A DNA stretch of 64,000 nt from a virus: positions 6,042 through 70,041 of the IMG/VR virus record IMGVR_UViG_3300032241_003323; one strand, written 5' to 3'. Below are positions 29,184-38,110 of this stretch, piece by piece; position 1 is the stretch's first letter; each line of letters begins with the position of its first letter. Position numbers and translations under genes: made by a program. The notes under the pieces are model-generated. The model saw only the letters and a program-made list of their open reading frames with translations, had not been told where the DNA came from and searched no databases.

Positions 29184-30082
29184 TCTGTCCCCTTAAAATC
29201 TATACCAAGAAAAGCTGCCTTTTCTCTCCATTCTAATTCTTCTCTATTATTTCCAGAATTTAAACTAGGAAACTCTGACAAACCTTCATTCAATTTCACT
29301 GAATTTAAGTAATTTCTCAAAGCATCGACTTCTAGTCTGGTAAACTTAATAGCTCCACGCATTGGATGATAATCATTCCATGCTTCAATAGCAATCGGAA
29401 CAATCGGAGTGATTAATTTAAGCATTGCATCTGCAAAAACCCTAATTTCATATTGAGCGTGAGAATCACATCTCAACGCTAAAAAATGAAAAAGATTATG
29501 AAGATCAATCTTCCAATACCATTCAGTATAGTTGTTAACTGGCAAAATCATCCGTGATTGCTCTCTGGCAAATCTTTTTGAATTAAAATCTTCATAAATT
29601 TTATATAATTTATCACACGTTTCATTCAAAATTTCCAAAAATTCTTGAGCATCTACCAAAGATGCCTGTTGGTCGCCACCCTGTTTATTGTTTTTGGATT
29701 GCTGACGAATGTGATCAATATCTGGTATATAAAATTCATCCTTCATTACCGAATAACGGCCACTATATTCATTTATATTTGCAGTTCTATGCCGTATCCA
29801 TTGTCTGGCAATAAATATTGGCATTTTACAATGAAATTTAAATTCACACATTTCAAAAGGAGTTGTGTGAGAATGTCGCAAAAGATATCGAATTAACCCT
29901 CGATCTTCGTTGACTGTTTTAGTTCCATCTCCATAAGAAACCCTAGCAGCTTGAACAATTGCAAAATCTGAAGTTTTCCGATCATCTGGAACAAGTCTTG
30001 GCATAACATCAACAAGCGAAACAAAACCTTTGTCAAGACATTTAATGTTCAGTTCTGGAACATTTTGCATTACGTCGTACAT
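29180..30082 (-). CDS. thyX: flavin-dependent thymidylate synthase
   Basis: AARVSY, HTTPFE, RQWIRHR..NEYSGRY, LRCDSHAQYEIR. Confidence 0.96.
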   Translation of the reverse strand: MYDVMQNVPELNIKCLDKGFVSLVDVMPRLVPDDRKTSDFAIVQAARVSYGDGTKTVNEDRGLIRYLLRHSHTTPFEMCEFKFHCKMPIFIARQWIRHRTANINEYSGRYSVMKDEFYIPDIDHIRQQSKNNKQGGDQQASLVDAQEFLEILNETCDKLYKIYEDFNSKRFAREQSRMILPVNNYTEWYWKIDLHNLFHFLALRCDSHAQYEIRVFADAMLKLITPIVPIAIEAWNDYHPMRGAIKFTRLEVDALRNYLNSVKLNEGLSEFPSLNSGNNREELEWREKAAFLGIDFKGTE

Positions 30083-30145
30083 TGCTCATCCTCAAAACAA
30101 AGAATTGGGCCAACCAATATAAAATAATAAAAAATTTAAAAAAAA

Positions 30146-30475
30146 TCAATCATTATTTTCCAAACAAGCCAAAAATGCCAAACAAATTATTTCAACATTT
30201 TCTCTGGCTGTAAAATCTCCCTCTATGCATCCAGTGCTACAAACAATTCTTCCTTCAGAAAGAATATCTTGATAAATCAATTTAGAAACACCATTATCAA
30301 TCCAAACAATATTTATATGTGCATAAACACCATTTGGATAAGAGACCCGACAACATGTTAAAACAAGTTGCTTATTATTTTCAGTTGCTATGAAAACTTC
30401 TTTATTCTGTTTTTCATTTTTATAATGATCGACGTTAGCGGAAGCAATCCATTTGGCCAAAAATTCAGCTTTCAT
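30146..30475 (-). CDS. hypothetical protein
   Basis: 109 aa ORF. Confidence 0.5.
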   Translation of the reverse strand: MKAEFLAKWIASANVDHYKNEKQNKEVFIATENNKQLVLTCCRVSYPNGVYAHINIVWIDNGVSKLIYQDILSEGRIVCSTGCIEGDFTARENVEIICLAFLACLENND

Positions 30476-30917
30476 TTAATAGTTCTTCAATCTTTTTACA
30501 AACGCTTATATCATCTAAAATAGAAGTTCCTTGATAAATTTTAGGTTTAAATTTATCAAGGAATTCTAAAAATAATATCGCATTATCTGTTTTTAAATTA
30601 TAAGAAAAATCATCACTCGACAATATTATATTTTCATATAAATTTTTCGATTCTCCAAAAAAAATAAAACTAGAAAATGAAGAACATAGAATTGATTTAA
30701 CTTCTGGAGCATTAGAACCAAAACTTAAAACATATCTCTCACCCAAACCAGAAAGCATAGGATTGAAACGAAAAATAAAACAATGATTTTTTATCCAATC
30801 TCCTTTTCTAAATTCAGCACCTTTTTCTTCTACAATTTTTTTATTTTTATCTGAAATCTTTTGCTGAATTAAATGCATTTGCTCTTGCAATTCTTTTAGC
30901 GATTCATTTTCTGACAT
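30465..30917 (-). CDS. hypothetical protein
   Basis: AGGAG RBS before MSENES. Confidence 0.55.
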   Translation of the reverse strand: MSENESLKELQEQMHLIQQKISDKNKKIVEEKGAEFRKGDWIKNHCFIFRFNPMLSGLGERYVLSFGSNAPEVKSILCSSFSSFIFFGESKNLYENIILSSDDFSYNLKTDNAILFLEFLDKFKPKIYQGTSILDDISVCKKIEELLNES

Positions 30918-30961
30918 TTTATTTCTCCTAAAATAAAATATATCAAAAATAAAAAAATGAA

Positions 30962-32062
30962 TCAATGAGTTCTTAAATAATTCAATAGATTAGAAACATC
31001 TGGTGTTCCTAAGCCAGTGCAAGCATCCCATCCTCTTACAGCCGAATAGGCTCCATTATTTCCACTTGTAATATCGTGAAATGGTTTGATATTTCCATTA
31101 TAATTAAGAATAGGATATAAAACAGGATTAATAAATCCCAATTTTCTATTCAAAGCTTGGTTTAAAACAGCTACAACACCAGCCCAAAAAGGAGCCGAAG
31201 CACTGGTGCCACCAACAACTAAATTTTGACCATCAGTAATAACTCGAATTCCTGTGGCTGGATCTGCGTCAGACGCAACATCGGGAACACCTCTTTGATT
31301 TCTATAAATATTATTTTGAGGTTGATAAGATGGTTTTGCAAAAAAAGAACTTACTCCACCACCCGTTGCTCCATAAGCGTCATTCCATACCGTCTCGTTT
31401 AAAATAACACCATTTGATGCAACACATGTTGTACCTCCGCAACAGAGAACATAAGGAGAACTTCCAGGAAAATCCACATTATTTCCTGATCCTCCATCAG
31501 AAGACCCATTATCGCCCGAAGCACAACAAACTGTAATGCCTTGATTGGATGCATTTAACAACGTGGAATTCATTAAATTTCGTTGCGATGTCGTCCAAGA
31601 CCTCTCAGATGCACCCCAAGATATACTGATGACGTTGACTTTATCAACTATAGCTCTTGCAACAGCATCAACAAACCCTTTAAAAGAATTTGGGGCCATA
31701 TAAACTTTAGGAGTTATTCCATTTGCAACTCCTATTGCAACGCAAAGGTCCAACATTACCTCTACATCATCTGAATTTGCATTGGTAGGATGATTAATTC
31801 CACCATCAACCGAAACAAATTGTACGGGGTTTGAGTTTAAACCCAAAGAACTAAAATAATTGTCTAAATCTCTTTGAACAAAACCACCACCTAATTCAAT
31901 AAATGCAACAGTCTGTCCAGATCCATTATAATTTGCAGGAAAATTATATATTCTTTTTAAATCGACAGGAGTATAAACCGGATTAACAACATTTGAATTA
32001 AAAGAATATTCTTTAAGAACACGATAATAAGGTTTGAACATCTTCCTCCTTGTTTGTTTCAA
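30962..32062 (-). CDS. S53 (sedolisin/kumamolisin) peptidase, catalytic domain only
   Basis: EVMLD, SISWG, ASGDNG, RGVPDV, GGTSASAP, GWDACTGLGTP. Confidence 0.93.
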   Translation of the reverse strand: MKQTRRKMFKPYYRVLKEYSFNSNVVNPVYTPVDLKRIYNFPANYNGSGQTVAFIELGGGFVQRDLDNYFSSLGLNSNPVQFVSVDGGINHPTNANSDDVEVMLDLCVAIGVANGITPKVYMAPNSFKGFVDAVARAIVDKVNVISISWGASERSWTTSQRNLMNSTLLNASNQGITVCCASGDNGSSDGGSGNNVDFPGSSPYVLCCGGTTCVASNGVILNETVWNDAYGATGGGVSSFFAKPSYQPQNNIYRNQRGVPDVASDADPATGIRVITDGQNLVVGGTSASAPFWAGVVAVLNQALNRKLGFINPVLYPILNYNGNIKPFHDITSGNNGAYSAVRGWDACTGLGTPDVSNLLNYLRTH

Positions 32063-32075
32063 ACTCTATATTTAT

Positions 32076-32687
32076 TTATATATCGGCCACCGGATCTTTA
32101 GGAAATTCTTTTGGATTTTTTAAAATGTAATTAATATAATCTTTTCTCATTTGTTGATTTCTAGTTCCTGAGATTTTTTCATAATCCTCTGGATCTACAA
32201 GATTATAAGCACCTAAAACAAAAATTACTCTGCTTAATTTATCAGAGTTTCTTAAAAAATAATGTATTTCTTCCTGAGTGTAAGTTCTTTCTTTTCTATC
32301 CTCTAAAATATTATCTGGAATAAAGAATATAATATTTTTATCATCATTTGTAATATGATCCAAAAATTTATCTGTAATTCTAGGATCATTAATCTGATTT
32401 GACCATTTACGACCAAACGCTTTAGCATATGCACTTGGCCAATCAATTAAATTTAAAGCACTAGCAAGATGAAAATATATACCTTTTATTCCACTTTGAC
32501 CGTGACTTGTCAATCCAAGAGCGTAAGATCCCCTTGCATCAGGTGGAGGATTTTCTAAAAAATCATTTACTGTCATAACAGCTTTAGCACGAGAGAATAC
32601 CTGTGATGGTATTCCAGACTCTCTTTTTAAAGATTCTAAATTTGTTTTCTTTAAAAAAAAGTTCATTATAAAAACTAAGATATTCAA
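32076..32687 (-). CDS. hypothetical protein
   Basis: about 200 aa ORF. Confidence 0.55.
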   Translation of the reverse strand: MNILVFIMNFFLKKTNLESLKRESGIPSQVFSRAKAVMTVNDFLENPPPDARGSYALGLTSHGQSGIKGIYFHLASALNLIDWPSAYAKAFGRKWSNQINDPRITDKFLDHITNDDKNIIFFIPDNILEDRKERTYTQEEIHYFLRNSDKLSRVIFVLGAYNLVDPEDYEKISGTRNQQMRKDYINYILKNPKEFPKDPVADI

Positions 32688-32741
32688 AAAATGTTATCAT
32701 AAATCTATTTATAATAACATTTTTCAAAATATCTCAATTTA

Positions 32742-33179
32742 TCAAGACAATTCATCCATAATTGCCTGAAGTTCAAGTTCAACACGCAATTCTGGGCTTA
32801 TGATGGCATTAAGGCGAGATTCCAAAGATTCCAATTTAGTGCGTTTTTTACCAATTTGAATCTTATCAATTCTAGACTTAATATCATCAAGCCAGTCTTG
32901 CTTGGAAAATCCATTCCAGAGAAATTCAGGAGCTTCAACATTCAATTCTTTGCATGCGATATCGTAGAATCTCTCTTTTTCTATAATAAAAGATGCCATT
33001 TTAATCAAGTTTCTAACATCAGACTCAACATGAATATTGATCGCATCGTTTAAACGACCTTCTACATAAACAAAAGCACAATTTGTTTTCCAATTGGGCT
33101 TTTCAATTTTACTAATTTCAGCCTTTTTTCTTTGTACGTCTTTGATCAAATCAAGAGTCTTTTTGTCTGTTTCTGCCAC
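32742..33179 (-). CDS. phage hypothetical protein (coiled coil)
   Basis: GTG start after AGGAG. Confidence 0.6.
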   Translation of the reverse strand: MAETDKKTLDLIKDVQRKKAEISKIEKPNWKTNCAFVYVEGRLNDAINIHVESDVRNLIKMASFIIEKERFYDIACKELNVEAPEFLWNGFSKQDWLDDIKSRIDKIQIGKKRTKLESLESRLNAIISPELRVELELQAIMDELS

Positions 33180-33215
33180 TTTGAATTCTCCTATGGTAAA
33201 GTGTAAAGAGTAAAA

Positions 33216-34418
33216 TTAGTCTAAAGATGTCGAACATTGCCATGCCTCAGCAAGCGAACCATCACTTAAAAATATTTGATTGCCAAGCCTAAAATTAGAA
33301 CCACTTTCAAGCTCTACCCACAATTCACAATCTTCGACTGGCAACTCTTCAAAATGAAATTTTTCATAATACGGTAAATACGGGAATCTAAAATCTTTTG
33401 AATTATATTTTTTTGAACACTGATAATAGATATCTGATTTTTCCCAAATCAGGCAATCATTTTCAATAGAATAAAAACACTTATTCACAATTGTTGGAAC
33501 TTTTTCATAAACTCTAGTTGATTGATTAAAAACCTCATTTTCCTTGCGACTATAAACAACAAATGATTTTTTTAAATCATCATAAAAAGAAAAATCAGAA
33601 AGCCCATAGCGAGCATCTTCTTTAGAATAATCTTCAAAAGGTTTCAAAAACAAATTAATTGGTTTGCTCCCATAGCAAGATTTTTTATATAAATCTAAAA
33701 TTTCTGCATAGTTTTCAACAACAGTATCCGAATATTGTTTTGAAAGTTGCTTCAAACTATTAGGAAATATAAATTTTTTGCCATCATAAAAAACATGAAA
33801 AAACCCACTTTTCCCGTAATTATTATACTTGTAATCATTATCATTAAATAAACATTTCATTGCATGCTTGTAAAGCCTTCCAACATACGTAACAATATTT
33901 TGTTTCTTTGTCTGATATTTCATTCCAGGAATTAAACTCTTGGCATTTACACTAGAATTTTGTAAACTTGTAAAGTTTTGAGATTGAATATAATCTTGTG
34001 ATGTTGCTGGCAGCAGGACAAGGCTTGTATATTCCCAAGAATATACAAATTTGCCCTCTAGTCCCTTGCCTTTGCTACAATCACATTCTCTGAGAATAAA
34101 CAGCAAATTTTCAACGCTAATTTCAAACTCAAAACCTCTTGGATCATAAACTCTAATATATTCATTACGACTATTCCAACCATAAGAATTTCGAACTCCA
34201 CCTACCCCTTTATTGAGCACAAATCCTTCTGTTGGCACATTATCAAAAATTAATGGATCAATACGTTTATCTCGCCAAGATTCCCACGATTTCTCTTTTC
34301 TCAAAACACCTTTTTGATCAAAATATATAACATAAGCTAATTTTTTTGTATAGGTATCATTTCTATTTTGAAAGCCGACTTTAATGGTTTTAGGAATAAA
34401 AAGCTGATTGTTTGACAT
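33216..34418 (-). CDS. conserved large-phage hypothetical protein
   Basis: 'KLAYVIYFD.KG.LRKE.SW..W' and 'VYDPRGFEFEISVENL' motifs recalled from large phages. Confidence 0.6.
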   Translation of the reverse strand: MSNNQLFIPKTIKVGFQNRNDTYTKKLAYVIYFDQKGVLRKEKSWESWRDKRIDPLIFDNVPTEGFVLNKGVGGVRNSYGWNSRNEYIRVYDPRGFEFEISVENLLFILRECDCSKGKGLEGKFVYSWEYTSLVLLPATSQDYIQSQNFTSLQNSSVNAKSLIPGMKYQTKKQNIVTYVGRLYKHAMKCLFNDNDYKYNNYGKSGFFHVFYDGKKFIFPNSLKQLSKQYSDTVVENYAEILDLYKKSCYGSKPINLFLKPFEDYSKEDARYGLSDFSFYDDLKKSFVVYSRKENEVFNQSTRVYEKVPTIVNKCFYSIENDCLIWEKSDIYYQCSKKYNSKDFRFPYLPYYEKFHFEELPVEDCELWVELESGSNFRLGNQIFLSDGSLAEAWQCSTSLD

Positions 34419-34529
34419 GATTAATTTGACTCCATTTGTTGTATCGGCAGGTTTTGAAAAAAATCATTAAAGACAATCAAAAAATCTGTTCAATTTTTAT
34501 CATAATGTAAAATTTCAATTCTATCAATA

Positions 34530-34862
34530 CTAATCTTGATAGAAACGCTCATCTACAATTAAAGACCCATATTTTTCTAAATCCTCCAACTCTTTCTGAA
34601 GAGTGTTTATTCCAGCAACAAAATCACAATTTTTCTTAACAAAACTTCCCTGATACAATACACTCCAAATTTTTGCAGCCAAAGCTCGATGTTTGCTGTC
34701 CCGTAAAGTGCTGATAGGCTCAGATAATTTTGGAATTTTATTCAATTTTTCATTACAAGATTCACAAATTTCATCTTGTTTCAATCCTCCTACTAAATTT
34801 TTAATTTTATCAAAAGTATCATTAACATTCTTTAATTCATCATAAATTTCTTTGGTTTCCAT
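34530..34862 (-). CDS. hypothetical protein
   Basis: 110 aa ORF. Confidence 0.5.
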   Translation of the reverse strand: METKEIYDELKNVNDTFDKIKNLVGGLKQDEICESCNEKLNKIPKLSEPISTLRDSKHRALAAKIWSVLYQGSFVKKNCDFVAGINTLQKELEDLEKYGSLIVDERFYQD

Positions 34863-34913
34863 TAAAGTTCTTTCTAGATTATTTGTGATTCTTGATTACA
34901 TTAGAAAATAAAT

Positions 34914-35588
34914 TCACTTCTTTGATTTTTCTTTACGAAAACTATACTTTTTATCAAATCCATGAGATTCCAATCGTACCTCATCGGATACTTCTGGAAT
35001 GGGATTTGTCTTAGAAAGTAAAACTCCCCCCACATACATTGAAACCTCCTGCCATGCAGTATATGCGTCAAAAACTCTATAAAATTCATATCCATAAAGA
35101 ATAGGATTTATATAAAGATGTTTGTTGTCATAAACAAAGATCGGACAATTGTATTCTGTAAATTTTTCCTTAAAATCTTTATAAATTGTCTCAAATTGAT
35201 TAAAATAATCAACCAAATCACACCTATTAAAATTCTCTAACCTACTATAGCCTCCAAAAAACTTTCTTTTCCCGTGGTAATTGTTCTCATAGAATTCCAT
35301 TTTTTGAGAATCATAATTGTTTTGTGCAAATTTATCAGCTTCTTCCAAACTATAACAAAAAGCACTGGTGGTTTTTGTTGTATTGTAATCCCACTTGGTG
35401 TGAAAAAGCCTAACTGCTGGATATAGCTTTCCACAAAATCCAACAACCAAAGGATCATAATGTTTATCGCTCATTTTATTATTGAAATGATAAATTTCTT
35501 TAAAACTTCTTAGGTAAATGAGAGACGCATCATAACCCAAACCCATCCCAATGTCATAATAATCGTTTCTGTTGTCAATAATTCTCAT
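34914..35588 (-). CDS. conserved phage hypothetical protein
   Basis: MRII...DYYD, GFCGKLYP and C-terminal HGFDKKYSFR motifs. Confidence 0.6.
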   Translation of the reverse strand: MRIIDNRNDYYDIGMGLGYDASLIYLRSFKEIYHFNNKMSDKHYDPLVVGFCGKLYPAVRLFHTKWDYNTTKTTSAFCYSLEEADKFAQNNYDSQKMEFYENNYHGKRKFFGGYSRLENFNRCDLVDYFNQFETIYKDFKEKFTEYNCPIFVYDNKHLYINPILYGYEFYRVFDAYTAWQEVSMYVGGVLLSKTNPIPEVSDEVRLESHGFDKKYSFRKEKSKK

Positions 35589-35656
35589 TTCAAAACTCCA
35601 TGCTAAAAATAAAAATCTTAATCTCGATCACAAAGTTACAAATACACTAATCTGTT

Positions 35657-36379
35657 TCAAAAAAGCTTTTCAATCGACCATAGTTCTGGTAAATATTTTG
35701 GATTCATTGTCTCAACAAAATGTCTTCGCCAACGCTCGACAAAAATTTGAATGTTATCAATATTTTCAACAACAAATTTTCCATATTCTTTATAACCTTC
35801 AGAAATTTTCCACATATAATGTCCTGCAACTTCATTTATATCATCATCGGTAATTTGATCTTTTTTAAGATATTCTTTAATTACACTCAACAAAAAAAGA
35901 TAACGAGATTCAGGAATTTTTTTGCCAAAATTACACAATGCACGAGCGGCATTAACAGCTTTTCCAACATCAGGCATATACACTTGATTTGATCCAAATT
36001 TAAGATCATAGCCTAATTCTTTGCAAATAAATTTTTTAAATTTATTTGCTTCTAATTCATATTTTTCATGACATGAAAGACATAAAAGAAGAATATCATG
36101 ATAATTGTGTTCTTTGACAAATTCAGGCATATGACGACGAAATACATGAGGAACAACATGATGTCGATTTAAATTTTCGGCATCCCCACAAACAACACAT
36201 TGATTTAATTTTTTGGCAAAATAATAAGAATCTTTACCCCATCCTAAACCACCCGGATTAAAATTAAATCGTAAAATAGGAGGACAATCAGAAACTATAT
36301 CTACAGCACTACGATTTAAATACCACAAAGCTTTACGATAATCACAATAAAACATAAAATCTCCATCTGGAGATTGCAC
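35657..36379 (-). CDS. HNH protein resembling the EXD2 C-terminal HNH-like region; probably fused to the upstream ORF by a -1 frameshift
   Basis: SPDG..CDYRKALWY, CVVCG...HHVVP...HNYHDILLLCLSCH, RWRRHFVETMNPKYLP..W. Confidence 0.75.
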   Translation of the reverse strand: MQSPDGDFMFYCDYRKALWYLNRSAVDIVSDCPPILRFNFNPGGLGWGKDSYYFAKKLNQCVVCGDAENLNRHHVVPHVFRRHMPEFVKEHNYHDILLLCLSCHEKYELEANKFKKFICKELGYDLKFGSNQVYMPDVGKAVNAARALCNFGKKIPESRYLFLLSVIKEYLKKDQITDDDINEVAGHYMWKISEGYKEYGKFVVENIDNIQIFVERWRRHFVETMNPKYLPELWSIEKLF

Positions 36380-36636
36380 ACAAATATTTCCATAAAGTGT
36401 TTTTTCAATGCAATACGTGATCCTTTTTTTGAATTATCCTTCATAAATTTCACATCGTCCCATTCTTTTGCATCTAATTCAAATTGAATCGTTGTTGGTT
36501 TAATAAAAAGTAATTTACAAAATCCACAATCCAACAAATGGCCAGCATCGTTTTGGCTAACCATACGAATAAAATTGTTTGATTTATCAATCAATTTTAT
36601 TCTCGGATCTTTGTTATAATTATTCAAATCTTTCAC
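36316..36636 (-). CDS. PLMP/RRXRR-like small domain; probable N-terminus of the downstream HNH protein
   Basis: 'IKLIDKSNNFIRMV...AGHLL..G..KLL..KPTTIQF'; AAGGA RBS; A-runs at the junction. Confidence 0.45.
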   Translation of the reverse strand: MKDLNNYNKDPRIKLIDKSNNFIRMVSQNDAGHLLDCGFCKLLFIKPTTIQFELDAKEWDDVKFMKDNSKKGSRIALKKHFMEIFVCNLQMEILCFIVIIVKLCGI

Positions 36637-36686
36637 TTTAAAAATCCTTCAATTTGATTTGACGGGTGTATGTAACTATTTTTTAG

Positions 36687-36857
36687 CTATTCATCTCTTA
36701 GATTTTCAACAATTGAACAAAACAGTTCTTTTTGTTTTGTGGTCATTTGATTGTAGCCACATTTTGGATAGCCAGAATGAATATAGCAATGTTTGATTAA
36801 ATCGCAAAGATCTTTACGACACAGACTACTCCACCAATGACACAATTTTTCAAACAT
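36687..36857 (-). CDS. small Cys/His-containing hypothetical protein
   Basis: 56 aa ORF (MFEKLCHWW...) at the array trailer. Confidence 0.35.
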   Translation of the reverse strand: MFEKLCHWWSSLCRKDLCDLIKHCYIHSGYPKCGYNQMTTKQKELFCSIVENLRDE

Positions 36858-36892
36858 TAAAAATACTTTAAAAAATTTAATTGTGGCAGGTT

Positions 36893-37923
36893 GTGTCAAC
36901 GAAGGACACAATTTTTGGTGATTGCAAGAGGATTTTGGCGGAACACAAGGCTGTCGCAAGAAGGTGTCAACGAAGGACACAATTGTTGGCGATTTAAAAT
37001 TACATTGCAAGAGAAGTCCATTGAACATCCCGTTTTGAGGTACATCGTGTCAACGAAGGACACAATTGTTGGTGCAAGCTCTTCGAGGCCAACCAATGAA
37101 GTGTCAACGAAGGACACAATTTTTGGTGATTGCAAGATAATTCCAGTCAAAGAATCGTAGACGGCCAGCGAAGTGTCAACGAAGGACACAATTGTTGGTG
37201 ATTACAAGATGAGGATGCTTGCAAGAGCCTGCAATTGAAGGTAGTGTCAACGAAGGACACAATTGTGTGTCAACGAAGGACACAATTGTTGGTGATTGCA
37301 AGTTGATTATGAAGACAAAAAAAATGGATGTTTTCAGATCGTGTCAACGAATGACACAATTGCTGGTGATTGCAAGCAGTAGACGATTCCCATTAGGTGT
37401 CAACGAAGGACACAATTATTGGTGATTGCAAGGAATTTAAAGGGAAAAAGTAAGAAAGAGAGAATTTAGGTGTCAACGAAGGACACAATTTTTGGTGATT
37501 GCAAACCAGTGCATTTTCGATTCTGGTCCCCGCTCGAAAGGCGTGTCAACGAAGGACACAATTTTTGGTGATTGCAAAAATTTAAAATCAATTGGTGTGT
37601 GTCAACGAAGGACACAATTTTTGGTGATTGCAAAATATTTCTGATCCTGAAACCGGATCAACTCTAGCCCGTGTCAACGAAGGACACAATTTTTGGTGAT
37701 TGCAAATTGTAAAGCTAATTCATCAGTACCAATTTCATTCATGTGTCAACGAAGGACACAATTTTTGGTGATTGCAAAGATGGAGTTAATCTATAAAACA
37801 TATTACAGGAGAATGTGTCAACGAAGGACACAATTTTTGGTGATTGCAAAGGAGTAACTAGGGATATGTGCATTATTCCCCCTTCTTGTGTCAACGAAGG
37901 ACACAATTTTTGGTGATTGCAAA
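36893..37923 (-). CRISPR. type V-I CRISPR array with 16 repeat units (one truncated, several degenerate)
   Basis: 36-nt repeat (C/T)TTGCAATCACCAAAAATTGTGTCCTTCGTTGACAC with a 3' GTGTC/GACAC hairpin; spacers mostly 35-38 nt, three about 20-22 nt. Confidence 0.97.
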
Positions 37924-38110
37924 GGCACCCCTTGAAAACACCTTACATTAAGGATCATAACATGAACCTTGCGAGCGGTCAAGATTTTTATTGCAAATTT
38001 CTTCAATAAACAAAGATTTATGATTCACAAATCTTTACCACAAAACAGCTTATCATTTGCGAGCGACCAAGCGGTTTTTGAGACCACCTAATCGCTCGCA
38101 AATGATTCAA
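37924..38110 (-). promoter_or_regulatory. CRISPR leader
   Basis: non-coding, next to the uniform repeats; 15-bp inverted repeat at 38052-38066/38092-38106 and a third TTGCGAGCG copy at 37969. Confidence 0.7.

Noticed and set aside
36827-36862. Possible degenerate terminal repeat (GACACAATTTTT at 36839-36850)
   Set aside because: Only 12 nt match, the hairpin is lost and it lies in a small ORF, so it was not counted
37506-37542. Spacer containing TTCGATTC, resembling a tRNA T-loop
   Set aside because: No T-stem or cloverleaf; it is an ordinary spacer
36929-37887. Self-targeting spacers within the window
   Set aside because: No convincing match was found by eye; an alignment is needed to exclude it
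36891-38006. ORFs called across the CRISPR array
   Set aside because: They are translations of repeats and spacers, not genes
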